This document shows positions 1 to 14,002 of a DNA stretch of 64,000 nt, in pieces. Each line of letters opens with the position of its first letter. The first letter of the stretch is position 1. The DNA lies in the NCBI GenBank assembly GCA_951406725.2, contig OX597825.1, positions 11,532,001 to 11,596,000 on the forward strand, read 5' to 3'. Origin of the DNA: Octopus vulgaris (taxonomy: Eukaryota). Made by a program: the position numbers and the translations under genes. The notes below the pieces were generated by a model that did no database searches, was not told the origin of the DNA, and saw only the letters and a list, made by a program, of their open reading frames with translations.

Positions 1-44
1 AGAGAGAGAGAGAAGGAGAGAGAGAGAGAGAAGGTGAGAGAGAA
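1..44. repeat. (GA)n microsatellite
   Basis: Direct reading of an AG dinucleotide run. Confidence 0.95.
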
Positions 45-338
45 TGAAAGGCAAAGTTGACCTCGACAAAATTTGAACTCAGAACGTAACAGTAGACGAA
101 ATACCTATTTCTTTGCTACCCACAAGGGGCTAAACACAGAGAGGACAAACAAGGACAGACAAACGGATTAAGTCGATTAAATCGACCCCAGTGCATAACT
201 GGTACTTAATTTATCGACCCCGAAAGGATGAAAGGCAAAGTCGACTTCGGCGGAATTTGAACTCAGAACGTAGCGGCAGACGAAATACGGCTAAGCGTTT
301 CGCCCGGCGTGCTAACGATTCTGCCAGCTTGCCGCCTT
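45..338 (-). mobile_element. SINE family A (tRNA-headed), one unit plus part of a second headless unit
   Basis: Minus strand reads GGCGGCAAGCTGGCAGAATCGTTAGCACG (A box) ... GTTCAAATTCC (B box) ... GTCGACTTTGCCTTTCATCCTTTCGGGGTCGATAAATTAAGTACC ... AAAGAAATAGGTATTTCGTC; many copies elsewhere in the window. Confidence 0.9.
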
Positions 339-706
339 TAACGAGGTTAATGGTAAGAGACATTTTAATTAGACATTATGACATAAAATTATGAAATATC
401 AACTCATACTAATAAATTAAGATAGATTAACTCTTTTTGGCAGTATATGATTATAAAGTATTAGACTTAAAAGAAAGATGAATAATTGCTAAATAGATGT
501 GATTAATAATCTGGTGATTAATGAATGAAGCAGTGAGGACAAAGTAGTAGACGGAACTGTGCGGAATCTCATTACATATTTGTTATATTCGTGTGTCTGT
601 TTGTTTGTGCGTGTGTGTATGTGTTTGTTTATGTGTGCGTGTGTTTGTATGTCTGTGTGTGCGTATGTTTTTGTGCTAATTACCGATGTATATATGCGTA
701 CTTGTG

Positions 707-756
<50 letters not shown>

Positions 757-770
757 GTTAGCATGCTCCA

Positions 771-849
771 ACCGAATCTAGAAATAGAGTCAAAGAGATA
801 TAGCTATTCCTTTAGCTATATCTCTTTGACTGCTATTTCTAAATTCGGT
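771..849. repeat. Near-perfect 79-bp hairpin between two (TA)n tracts
   Basis: ACCGAATCTAGAAATAG-AGTCAAAGAGATATAGCTA matches the reverse complement of TAGCTATATCTCTTTGACTGCTATTTCTAAATTCGGT with 1 mismatch and 1 indel; loop TTCCTT. Confidence 0.9.
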
Positions 850-871
850 GTGTGGGAATTCGTCAAACTAA

Positions 872-926
<55 letters not shown>

Positions 927-1117
927 TTTCATCCAAAATGGGGACGACGAAAACACTATTCCTGCATGTGAACGGCTTGAAAAATTGTTAAAATATTCAG
1001 ATATTTTCTTAACAGAAACCAATGGTAGCCTTAATATAAAAATAAAGACATTCTGTCCACCAATGCAGCGTTGAGCACGCACGTCGTTCGACATTCACAC
1101 ACACACACATATATATA

Positions 1118-1281
1118 TGGGGAGAATTCACCCCTAAAAAACAACAAAAGACGAAGACAGGTGGTGTAGAAAACAATCGCTCAGGAATTGAAAAAGTCGT
1201 TAACGTTTCGAGCCTACGCTCTTCCACAGAAAGGAACACAGAAAGAAACAAGGAGAAGAAAATGTAGTGGCTAGCGATATA
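1118..1281 (-). mobile_element. Penelope-like terminal-repeat (pLTR) fragment with a hammerhead-like motif
   Basis: Homologous to 40735-40945 and related to 55732-55950; minus strand contains CTGTGGA-A-GAGC-GTAG-GCTC-GAAAC-GTTA at 1201-1229; TA-rich flanks. Confidence 0.65.
1201..1229 (-). ncRNA. Hammerhead-like motif, variant core CUGUGGA (A6U)
   Basis: Core, GAGC/GCUC stem II and GAAAC-GUUA in the correct order; stem I pairing is weak. Confidence 0.5.
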
Positions 1282-1670
1282 TCTTTATATATAAAAGAGA
1301 GGTTGTGTGTCTGTCTCCTACGATTTAGATTCTTAACTACTCCCACATTTTGCGGTGCAGTTTAACCAAAACCGGGTATCTTATAGTCGTGATTCATATC
1401 GAGCCCTTCTGGGTATTAGCGCGCGTCTACGATTAAATAAAAAAAATTACCATCATTTTTTTCCATTTTAATGCATTTTTTTCGCTATTATATACGGAAA
1501 GTAACTCTCTAAAAATGTCTACGATGAGTCAACGATTAAAAAAAAAATACCATAATTTTTTTTTTCCATTTTTAATGCATTTTTTTGCTATTTTTTGGCT
1601 ATAAGTCTCTAAAAATGTTTATATAGTTATTTCCCTTACAAACCTGAGCAACGCCGGGCGATACTGCTAG
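1282..1670 (+). mobile_element. Non-autonomous Helitron
   Basis: Starts TC after a host A and ends in a GC-rich hairpin (CCTGAGCAACGCCGGG) then GATACTGCTAG before a host T; no TSD; same family at 35991-36386. Confidence 0.85.
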
Positions 1671-2260
1671 TATATATATATATATATATCATATATATAT
1701 ATATATATATATATATGAGGTAGTTAGTCACTTAACTAGTTGACCAATTAACTAGTCGATTGTTTGATTAATCGTTGCACCAATCAGCCAGTCACCTGGT
1801 TTGTGAGACTTCGTCCAAGATACGACCTCGTTACTTCAGCTTTGTATCATCTTCATCCAACTCGTGATTGAATGACTGTTTCAGCACACATCGTAGAGAA
1901 TGCATTTACTGATGTGCTTTAGATATTTTTTTCATTTTTATTGTAGCGCATTTGGGAGAAAACTGCGCAAGTGTATGTGAGTGTGCGTACGTATGTGCGC
2001 AGTATGTGTGCTGTGTGTGACTTGGAGAGTATCTGTAATCGAGCCTTCTTCTTCTTGCTTGCATTTGTTGATAAAGAATATTCCTCAGTTTCTGGTTGTT
2101 TATCTTCTACTCTTATCTCTTATGTCTCATTGCAAAGAAGAATTTATTCTCAGTGGTACTTATTTCTCATAAACGCACGTGTGAGTTGTCATCCTCGCAA
2201 CGCACATTTATATGAACGAGTGCATTCATGTGTGTGTGCGCGCACGATATATATATATAT

Positions 2261-2294
<34 letters not shown>

Positions 2295-2419
2295 ACACAT
2301 GTATACGTTTATATATATAAACAGATACTAATATATATTATTGTGTGTATATGTGCATATGTTTATTTACATAATGTTTATATTTAGATATGTATATATT
2401 TGTACATAAGAATTCATCT

Positions 2420-2421
2420 AC

Positions 2422-2458
<37 letters not shown>

Positions 2459-2605
2459 TATACATATATATATATATGTATATATATACATATATATATA
2501 TATACATATATATATAATATATAATATATATATATACATATATATATATAATATATAATATATAATATATATATATACATATATATATATAATATATAAT
2601 ATATA

Positions 2606-2682
<77 letters not shown>
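2420..2682. repeat. Compound (TA)n/(CA)n microsatellite
   Basis: Direct reading. Confidence 0.95.
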
Positions 2683-2684
<2 letters not shown>

Positions 2685-3200
2685 GTTCGCAGGTTTGCCA
2701 TTGTGGCATGTGTGTCATTGTGTGTCATGTTTGTATTTGTGTGCTTGTTGGTGTGCGCTTGTATAATATCATTCCGTCTCCGAACACACATTTAGGAGAT
2801 ATGGAAGAAATCTAAGGTGAGACCGCTCCGACCTGAGCTATTTTTTTAAAAACTCTGATTTACAGGACATTTTCGTTCCGATTGAGAGGAAAAGCAGATT
2901 TCGATGTATTTCGGAAAACGCATAACGAAACGAACAAATATATAAAAAAAAAAAATACATTAACACAATTATGCATTTCCATTATTTATGATTGTTTCTG
3001 AAATGCAACTTTTATTGAAACTCTCTCTCCCCAGGAACACACACACGCGCGTTTATATACATACACATATACGTATATACACACATATATACGTATACAT
3101 ATATATTCCCATTAGCGTTGTAGAGGCTACATTGATGTCGATGATCAATAAACATCAACTCGACTGAAATCAGAACACTTAAAACGAGCGTACAACAATA

Positions 3201-3912
<712 letters not shown>

Positions 3913-4102
3913 TACACACACATATAATTAATATTTAGCAGAAGCAACCGCGTGATTCAGGGGCTGAGAGTTTCGTGTGTTGGCACTTACCAAAGTGTCA
4001 GTCTGTAGTTTCTGCTAGATATTAACCAAAATATACATATACTCATGCTTTAAGTTCTATTCTGACTTTTTTGTATTCTCATACCTGTACACACACATAC
4101 AT

Positions 4103-4172
<70 letters not shown>

Positions 4173-5415
4173 CAGGTACATTCATGAATGCACACACACG
4201 TAGAGTGTGTTGTTTTTCAAGATTGTATAATTGAAAAACTGAAACATTCTACATTATTGTATTAGTAGCATGAAGTTTAATTAGAAATTGCAAATTAAAA
4301 CAAATACTGTTTGTATTTCGAGATTATAAACTGCTCAAATGCTTCAAATATGGCTTCTTCGTCTCGAATGTTTCATTACGTCACAAAATTTTCATGTGAT
4401 TTCCACGACTGCAATTCATTGTTTTGTTGTTATTAGGTAAAATCGGATGAAGATTTTATAATCTGCACTTGTTAATATTCAGTTAGCGATTTGAGAAGCT
4501 GTGTGGATAATCCTTGCCCACACAGTTGCTCCATCTCTGTTAACGAGTCTTGTCTGCTTTTATTTACAGTTTTTTTTCAGCCATTTTGTCGAAGATCGTG
4601 ACTGTATGGGTTTACAGAAATTGATTTCCTTTGGGTGCCAAAATGCCGAATGCATATTACTTTTGCAAACCGCCATTTATCGGTGCAGTGGTTACTGTAC
4701 AAAATACTTTAGAAACTCATCTACGTCTAGCCATTAAGAAGATTTTTCATGGTCAAACAATATTCGTTTCATCTAGCAAGAAATAATACTGTGAAAAAAA
4801 AAAAAAAGGCGACTTTAAATATTGCAGATTAGCAACGCTAAATGCTCTGCTAGATTCTGCTATTTCTAATGTTCAGTTCATTCACGAGGAACAGATTCAT
4901 TTAACTTGTCCATTTTTCCGGTGACACACAGATGGGGAGAAGCAGTCATAAGTGCTTTTTTACAATCTACTGCAAAATGTCAGTCTGTAGTTTCGCAGTA
5001 GTTTTTCTTAATTGGTTTCAATACAAGACAACCACAGCTTTCCACCATGGCAGATTCTACAGAATCTCATTAAACTCCTCCACATAATCGCTTATTGGAC
5101 AATTTCGAAAAGGATCCACGTCGAAGTATATTGCCTTCGGTTCTAATATTGTGTTTATGTTTTTATGAAATCTCTATTTTAAAAAATAATGTAAAGGATT
5201 CTATGTCATATATTTGTGTTTGTCCATCTTTAGCCTTTTTATTACAAGTTCTTAGTTCTTAGAGCCAATGTTAAATAGTTCTTAGAGCCAATTTTTGTCC
5301 TATGGAACTGATTTTACTCTTATTAGGAAGTTGGATTCTAAGAATAATGGAACTTACAAACGCTAACCCGGTATTCATATATTGTACGCGTATACTAGCG
5401 TCTTTTCCCTCATTG

Positions 5416-5484
<69 letters not shown>

Positions 5485-5497
5485 ATTTATACATATA

Positions 5498-5536
<39 letters not shown>

Positions 5537-5539
5537 TTA

Positions 5540-5934
5540 ATTTACTTGTTTCAGTCCTTTGATTGCGGCCATGATGGAGCACCGCTTTTAGTCGAGCAAA
5601 TCGACCCCAAGATTTATTCTTTGTAAGCCTAGTACTTCTATCGGTCTCTTTTGCCGAACCGCTAAGTTACGGGGACGTAACCAACATCGGTTGTCAAGCG
5701 ATGTTGGGGGAGGGGGAAGTAAATACAAACACACAAATATTTACACACACACACACCCACACATATATATACGACAGGCTTTTTTCGGTTTCCGTCTACT
5801 AAATCCACTCGCAAGGCTTTGGTCGGCCCAAGGCTATTGTACAAGATACTTGCCCAAGGTGCCACGCAGTGGGACTGAATCAGGAACCATGTGGTTGGTA
5901 AGCAAGCTAATTACCACACAGTCACTCCCACGCT
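5540..5934 (-). mobile_element. SINE family C (tRNA-headed, with a CORE-like CACCTTGGGCAAG segment), near full length
   Basis: Reverse complement of the element at 56944-57335: head GGAGTG.CTGTGTGGTAA, GGCACCTTGGGCAAG, internal CA/TA tract, tail GACTGAAACAAGTAAA. Confidence 0.85.
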
Positions 5935-6187
5935 TATATCTATATATATTTTTATGTCATGTTTAAAATTAATGTGAAGTATTAATTAAAACTTTTACCA
6001 GAATAGGTGACTTCATATCGAACCTTCGGCTTCCTACACTTCATCCGAGGAAAGGTTCAAGGACAAAACTTGTCAGTGTCACTCCTTCTCTCGTTAACGT
6101 ATTACGTATTTACATACATACATACTTACATGCATACAGAGAGACATGTATGCATAAATACATACATATACATGTATACATGTGTAC

Positions 6188-6530
<343 letters not shown>

Positions 6531-7261
6531 AAATATGAGGCAAAACAACTGGTCTATAATTTGATTAATTCAATTTAAAATCAGATATAAAGTGGAGATT
6601 TGAAAAATCCACACCCAAAGAATTCAGTTCCAAGTTAGCATTAGGCAATCACAAAAGCCTTTCTCAATAAACTTCATATTGACATGATTCAATATATAGA
6701 TTCTGTCTTTCATTTCTGTGCATGTGTTATTATTTTTTTTTTTTGCTTCTCCTTTCAATATCAATAGATTTTAGATATTGGAAGTTGCAGATTTTGTTTT
6801 CACTTGTTTAATATATCATAGAAATAAATGGAAACGTATAACCCCTGAAAACGATGTAGCACAAGTGAGAAGGAGAGGATGTTAAGCCCGAAAGTGCACG
6901 AGGACAAAGTTTTCAAATAGGGAAAACATAGATCGGAAATATTTATAAAATATATGTTGTAATGTAAAGGAAGAAAAAAAACAGGGGAAAAAAATGAAGT
7001 TAACTTTGAAGGAATACAGATAGAGAGGAGGAAAGGTGGGTGAGAGAGGAAACGATCGAGAGAGATGTATTGTTCTGAAACATATTATATAGATTGGAAA
7101 TATTTGTAAAAAAAAAATGATGTTTTTAAAACTTAGGAAGTAATAAAACTAGATTGAGGAAGAGAAAGGGAGTGAGTGAAACTGAGTGAAAGAGAAAATA
7201 GGGGTTAGTAAGAAAGATTGATAGACTTAAGAAATAAAGACAAGAGAACATAGAGTTTGAT

Positions 7262-7420
7262 ATGAATATATATATATATAGGTATGTATGTATATATATA
7301 TGTGTATACATGTGTATATATGTATATGTTTATATATATATATATATATGTATATGTATATATATGTATATATATATATATGTATATATATGTATATATG
7401 TATATGTATATATGTATATA

Positions 7421-7488
<68 letters not shown>

Positions 7489-7545
7489 TAGATAGATAAA
7501 CAAATATATATAGAGAGAGAGAGTGAGAGAGAGAGAGAGAAATAG
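7262..7545. repeat. (TA)n/(TATG)n/(GA)n microsatellite
   Basis: Direct reading. Confidence 0.95.
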
Positions 7546-7904
7546 ACACAAACTAAGGTAGAGAATGGGTTGAAGAAGAGAAAAGCTGAAATGTTTTGTC
7601 TGATCAGATTATTGGTTTTTGTGTTGAGGAACCAATTTTATCTTAGTGAGCTTCAAATTGTCCTCGCATATCGAAGAACTGCTATTTCCCTGATGGGTTT
7701 TCGTATCTCCACTCTGCGTTTATATTCTTCATGTTAAAAAACTGCATACGTGTTCAGATACATACAGATGTATTTAAATTTATTTATGTTTGTATACATA
7801 ATTTGACGATTTTTTTAGGTCTCCTGTTTTTCACGAACACCTTGATGTATTGTTGAAAAGTCAACGACGTTGGAGAACATAAATATTAAATTATAGTTAA
7901 GAGC

Positions 7905-8530
7905 TTAACTGGCATGGAGGACTTGAAGCCATCTGAATATTGGAAAAGTGTTATCTGCATCATAATGTCTCGCGGCAGATATCATCGCTGCTGCTCAAAG
8001 CTCTGTGAACTTTGCAAGGGCTGTAAGACGTGACATAGACTGATGCAAAGGAGAGTACAGTGTCGTGGTCAGCAGGAAGGGTCACAATAGGGTTCCTGAC
8101 TGTATCTAAGAGTAAGATTTCATTTGCACTTTAAACAGGGCCTTGAGCTTAATTCAGACAACTATGTGAAGCTGCAGAGACTGTGGTGAAACCATTGGCT
8201 GGTGAGTATTATCAATGCTGGAAGGTCATATGTCTGGCAACAGAATACGGAAACAGTCATAAGTCGCTGTCAGAGAATTCTTGCATCTTCACCAGCCTGT
8301 ATTTATGGAACCCCTAATTCCCTTAATTGAAATACCATGGATTACTGTGTGGAGCCCAGTTGAGAAAGACACCAACCGCTTTATCTGAAACACCATGGCC
8401 GAGTTGGTAGCCAAGATCGTGGAGGTGTTCAAAATTCTTCTCAGGAGCACAGTAAGAAACGCATGCGCTAGGTTCCTGAGCCGTTTGAGGCTGTGAGGCG
8501 GGGAAGCACATGGCAGCTACTTTCAGTAAA
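7905..8530 (+). pseudogene. Decayed Tc1/mariner-superfamily transposase (maT/DD37D-like)
   Basis: Frameshifted translation gives GRSYVWQQN (compare YVWQQD at the second catalytic D) and W..PNSLN*NTMDYCVW (compare WPPNSPDLNPMDYxVW). Confidence 0.65.
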
Positions 8531-8846
8531 CTGTGACCAATATTTTTTGATTTTTAAAAATACTTTTATTTTTGAGTGGGCCATTGTTTTTATTTCCTTT
8601 TTATGCAAACTTCTAAATTTGTCTCATTTTAAATCTGATTATTACCGACCTAATTGGTAACAACTCATAAATTGCTATAAATATTGATGCCCTTTCCTAC
8701 GAGGACCTTTGAGATTTATCCCGATTTTCGAAATTACTTTCTTGCTTTACGTTCTAATTTATCAACCTTCTTGCCTTGCATGATCCCATATCTTACTGCA
8801 AAATCCTTATTTTAAATAGTGCTGAAATTCTCTTCCCTATTATATA

Positions 8847-9411
8847 TTGGGTTTTCCGGAATGTTCATGCCGATTTATAGTAGCTTAACTTTCGACTTAT
8901 ATTAGAACATAGTTGAGTCCATAAAATAGGATTTGACTACACTTCCATTTAGAGCACAGTTTAAGCTATCTTCTCATAGAAGAAGGTTTATGTTCCTATA
9001 ACCTGTGTTAATTCTGTAACTCTTTCAAATGGAAGATAAGAAAGTTCATTTTCGACACTTGATGCTTTGGGAACCAGACAAAAATTGCTACAGCTCGGCT
9101 TGGATGTGTTACCCCACCCAACATATTCACCACATATTGCTCCTTCGGATTTCCACTTATTCAGGTCTCTGCAGAATAGTCTTAATGGTAAAAATTTAAA
9201 TTCCTTGGATGACGTAAAAAGATACCTTGATGAATTCTTTGCCACGAAACCACCTCAATTCTGGGAAGAGGGTATTTTCAAGTTAAAGGAGAGATGGAGA
9301 CGCATTGTGCAACAAAATGGTTCATATTTGGTTGATGAAAATGTAATGGCAAGTATTTATTGACCTTTTTCTTTCCTTTAAAAATCGGCACGAACCTATC
9401 GGACAACCCAA
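8847..9411 (+). mobile_element. Mariner internal-deletion derivative with TIRs and TA TSD
   Basis: Left TIR TTGGGTTTTCCGGAATGTTCATGCCGATTT matches the right TIR reverse complement TTGGGTTGTCCGATAGGTTCGTGCCGATTT; TA at 8845-46 and 9412-13. Confidence 0.9.
9029..9363 (+). pseudogene. Mariner transposase remnant, N-terminal 15 aa fused out of frame to the C-terminal ~98 aa
   Basis: MEDKKVHFRHLMLWE then LGTRQKLLQLGLDVLPHPTYSPHIAPSDFHLFRSLQNSL (mariner YSPDLAPSDxHLF motif). Confidence 0.9.
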
Positions 9412-9962
9412 TATTTAAATTATCTACGTATCATGTTACTTTCCCTGCTGTTGATGATTATACAGACAAGTTTTATATATAAATGAACCGCCTAAATCCA
9501 CAATTGTTTTTCCTGATATTTCCTTCTTTCTCCACTTTTATTACAAGTATACACGTCATACTATTTTAGCCGTCTTTAAATAAATTAATATTACATTAAT
9601 CTTCGTATATTCATTATATTTTGTTTCAACGGTTACACAAAAATCTTAACATCAAATATTTTACTTCATTCTTAAAATTGCAAAATCGCGCTTTCTTCAT
9701 TAAAATGAACTGTTTTTAATCGACCCATTAATAGTTAATCGATCCGCCAGTAGTTAATAATAGTCTTACTCTCCACTCCATCGGCCGACCGCCAATCTGT
9801 TTTTAAATTTATTTTCAATTTATAATTCTAGTTAAATTTACTTTATGAAACTTTCTAAACAACAGATTTAATTATCAAGTAAAGCAACAACAATCTTAAC
9901 CACATTTAAAATATAATTTTCCTAATCGACTAATAAATACGCAGTCGTAGATTCTAATTATA

Positions 9963-10154
9963 AGCGGAGGCGTGGCTGCGTGGCAAGAAGCTTGCTTGCC
10001 AACCATGTGTTTCTGATTTCAGTCCCACTGCGTGGCACTTTTGGCATGTGTCTTCTACTATAGCCTTTGGTCATACAAATCCTTGTGAGTGAATTTGGTA
10101 GATGGAAACTGAAAGAAGCCCATTGTATGTATGTATATATATACACACACATGC

Positions 10155-10210
<56 letters not shown>

Positions 10211-10345
10211 ATATGACTGTGTCCCTGTTCTTGCCCCCCACCGCTGTTTGAGAGCCCGTTTTGGTATGTTTACGTCACCGCAACTTAGCGGTTCAAGAAG
10301 AGGACCCGATAGAATAAATTCTGAGATTAAAAAAAAAACAATACT
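9963..10345 (+). mobile_element. SINE family C, diverged
   Basis: GGCGTGGCTGCGTGGCAAGAAGCTTGCTT...TTCAGTCCCACTGCGTGGCAC...GGAAACTGAAAGAAGCCC, then a microsatellite and a degraded tail. Confidence 0.8.
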
Positions 10346-10404
10346 GGTGTTAACATATTCGACAAAAAACATGTACACACACATACATATATATATATAT
10401 ACAT

Positions 10405-10572
10405 ATATACGACGGGCTTCTTTCAGTTTCCGTCTACCAAATCCACTCACAAGGCTTTGGTCGGCGCGTGGATATAGTAGAAGACACTTGCCCAAGGTGT
10501 CACGCTGTGGGACTGAACCCAGAACCATGTGGTTGGTAAGCAAGCAACTTACCACACAGCCACCCCTACGCC
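10405..10572 (-). mobile_element. SINE family C, 5' half
   Basis: Reverse complement of the family C head; inverted relative to 9963-10130. Confidence 0.85.
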
Positions 10573-11309
10573 TATATGTACACACATGTGTGTGTGAGCG
10601 TATGTGTGATTGTGTGGGCGTGTGTATGTGCGAGGGCGTATGTTTTTGCAGATATATGAAGAAGAAAGTGAAATAATGGCAAATAGAATGCGCAATGACG
10701 GCAATCTTTAATAGAAATTAATTTGAATTGGTTATGAGTGCTGCATGAGGCAATAAAGTACTGCGAAGCGAAAACTTAAATAATGACTAAAGTATAATGA
10801 GCAAAATGAAAATTAAAATGAGTTTCTCTATTTCTAGTGATTTTGTTTAAATTCGAAAACTTAAAACTAGTTAGCTTAGTGTTGCCACTACTAATATCTA
10901 AGACTATTCCGTATACAAACAACATAAAACGGCTTTTCATTGTTTAAGGTCAAGACACAAGAGAAAAATTAGTGCTTTGGTATTCATCTTATTTTATTTG
11001 CTTTGTATGTGTTTATAAATATTTCGCCATTTTAACATATAGAACATAATTAATATGAAGTAGGAAGAAAAAATATATCGATATGCAACAAAAGTGAATG
11101 TTCCTTGGTTGTCATTAAGGAAACATTGAAATTATTTGAAAGTCGGATAATAATAAGAAAATGTATTAAAAATACAAACAAAAGATGGGAAGAAAAAGAC
11201 CAGCAACAACAACAACAACAAATATTAAAAATTACAATACTGAAATAACCACAAAAATGAACTTTAAAATAATGTTTTTTATTGTTTTGCTTTTGTATGT
11301 TGCCAATCT

Positions 11310-11314
11310 TATCA

Positions 11315-11399
<85 letters not shown>

Positions 11400-11403
11400 C
11401 ATT
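11310..11403. repeat. (ATT)n microsatellite
   Basis: Direct reading. Confidence 0.95.
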
Positions 11404-12127
11404 GCTTTTTCAGAGCTTGTACTTCAGATAATTGAAGAAATAAAACAACATCATTAGCTCGCGTAAACCTTCCTTATAAAAATAAAACGAAGAACATCTC
11501 CACTACACCCACACTTACACACTCACACATAAACTGACACACACACACACACACACACACACATTTAAAAAAAAACTTATAAAAAATAATAAAGTTTAAT
11601 AAAGAAAAATAAATGAGGAAGAATCGTCAAAACACTATCAATATCAGAAACAACTAAATAATAACCAGAAGAGAATAACATAAAATAAATAATTAGAAAA
11701 AAACTTTTTAAAAAAAAACAAAAAAACATACATAACAAACTTTTAGAACACAATTTCCACTTCTGGAGGAAAACATAGAAAAATGTTTAAAATGAACTAA
11801 AAACAAAAACAAAAAAAAATACCGTGAGAAATTCTAACAAAAACAAGAGGAAATAAAAACGAAATTTAGCCATTGTATTGATATTCCACATTGCAATCAA
11901 TGAGTGATAGGAAACAAAATCTGAAGAAAAGAAAGATCTAAACACGCCAATAAAATATAACACAAGAAAACAATATTTATTTTCGTTTTGTTTTGGTTGA
12001 TTTTGATTCCTAAGCGCGTGTCTTTTCTCAGTTATTAGTTTTAGTTTTAGTTTTAATAATCTAAATTTGGAACTAATTCCTGAACGTTACTGATTTCTAA
12101 TGTTTGTTTTGGTGTTATTTCTTTCAG

Positions 12128-12270
12128 AGTGAAAACTATAGAAAGTTCCCGTCAACGGAAATTATCAACGGAGAAACTAGAGAAAATTTAGGCAGATCAG
12201 TGCCAGCCAACTCAATATATGCCGATTTCTATTTCTCAATGTCGAATTGTTTAAATGATATTAATTATTG
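12128..12270 (+). other. Candidate exon (acceptor only), unassigned
   Basis: Branch-like CTAAT and a pyrimidine-rich TTATTTCTTTCAG acceptor followed by non-repetitive sequence; open frames SENYRKFPSTEIINGETRENLGR... or VKTIESSRQRKLSTEKLEKI*. No recognisable homology. Confidence 0.2.
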
Positions 12271-13709
12271 AAAATAATGATTCCTAATTAAGCATGCAAC
12301 TCAATTAGAAGTGAAAAGAGAAAAACAAAAAAATGGAAAAAACAAAAAGAATTTGTATTATTTTCGCGTTCATGTGTTTCTCCCAAAAGGACATAAGTGC
12401 ACGAAAAGTAGGAACATTGTGAACAGGAATCGAAAAACACATCCCAAAATTAATTTCAATAAATCAGTTGGTTATTGAGACCAAAGTTGACCAATGTTGC
12501 AATCCATGCCAGCTATTTGGAACGCTTGGTTTTTGCTTTTGTCTCAGTGCTAAGTCTTAGTCATCTCTAAAGTTCTTTTAATTCCTCATTCACATCAATG
12601 AGGTGAAGGATTAAGTCTACCACACAAGGGCAGGAAAGAAAAAGTTCTGCAAATTTCCGTCTAGCAAGTTTCTTTTACGGCTTCGGTAGAAGACACTCAA
12701 TACACTACGTAGTTGACGGCGTGGGGTAAATTTGAAGCATGTAGCTCCATTGCAAACCCCTTAATATCACAGTTTTGTCGAGTATTTAACAGAACATCGT
12801 TAGATAAGTTTATGTACAACACAATGTGAACTAAATGCCCTGTAAGAAATAGAAAATGGTGAGCATTGTAGTTCGATTTATGCCACCGTAATTCTGGTCT
12901 CAGTGTTTAAGTAATGTGCCATATCCCATATTCTGAAGTATTAACTGAAAAAAGATAGTAATATATAAAACAAAATAGAGGCTCCACCCTGTAGATCAAT
13001 TCTTAATCGATATATTGGAAGTAAATTGATAAACTAGTGCACATTATACCTAAGAAATTGCGAAAAACAGAGTTTCTGAACGTTTCATTCCCATTTTATA
13101 TAATTCGTTTCTGTAATTGGAAAACAACAGACCGGGGAACCACCTTCAAGTGTTTTGGCGGATAATGTCGATTCGAGTTCTAATATCTTAGTATTGTTTC
13201 ATAATTCGCGTAAAAACTAAATACAAAATGACTCTTTGTGGAAGAGGAAACAACCAACCGCGTGTAGGATTTGTTACTTGAACAATTCCTTTTCCATCCT
13301 CGCTTTCGACTGTTGAAATCTATAACTATTTTCCAGTTTCATATGGAGAATTCATTAAAGCAAACGATTTCTAAGTGACAGGTGTCAAGTATACAATAAA
13401 TAAAGAACACTAAATAATTATGGAACACCTTAAAATTACATAAATTGCATCCGGTTTCTTTTTAAAACAAATGTTGTACACAACTACCTATTCCATTCCT
13501 TCCACACAGAGACTCACTCAATTATCGCAAGATTAGCAACTTTTGTTGCTATTTACTGGAATTGTATAGTAGCAATCATCTAAATAGAATTTCTACCTTA
13601 CATCGATATGGGATTAAATGCATTAGATAATCATTTAATATACTTTATTAATCAATTATCGTTACCTGTGTGTTATCTATACGAGTCTTGTCCAAGCTAG
13701 AGGAATACC

Positions 13710-13860
13710 TATTTCTTTACTACCCACAAGGGGCTAAACATAGAGAGGACAGACAAGGACAGACAAACGGATTACGTCGATTATGTCGACCCCAGGGCGT
13801 AACTGGTACTTAATTTATCGACCCCGAAAGGATGAAAGGCAAAGTCGACCTCGGTGGAAT
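13710..13860 (-). mobile_element. 5'-truncated SINE family A with a 16-bp TSD
   Basis: AAGCTAGAGGAATACC at 13694-13709 and 13861-13876 flanks the 3' part of family A. Confidence 0.85.
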
Positions 13861-13958
13861 AAGCTAGAGGAATACCATTTGCTTTTACCACTTTCGTTGG
13901 CAACTCACTACTTTATCATTATATACATACACACAGAGACATGCAAACACACACCCAT

Positions 13959-14002
<44 letters not shown>

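Noticed and set aside
5047-5073. Perfect Kozak context CCACCATGG
   Set aside because: Opens only an 8-codon frame (MADSTESH*), with no splice donor or other support.
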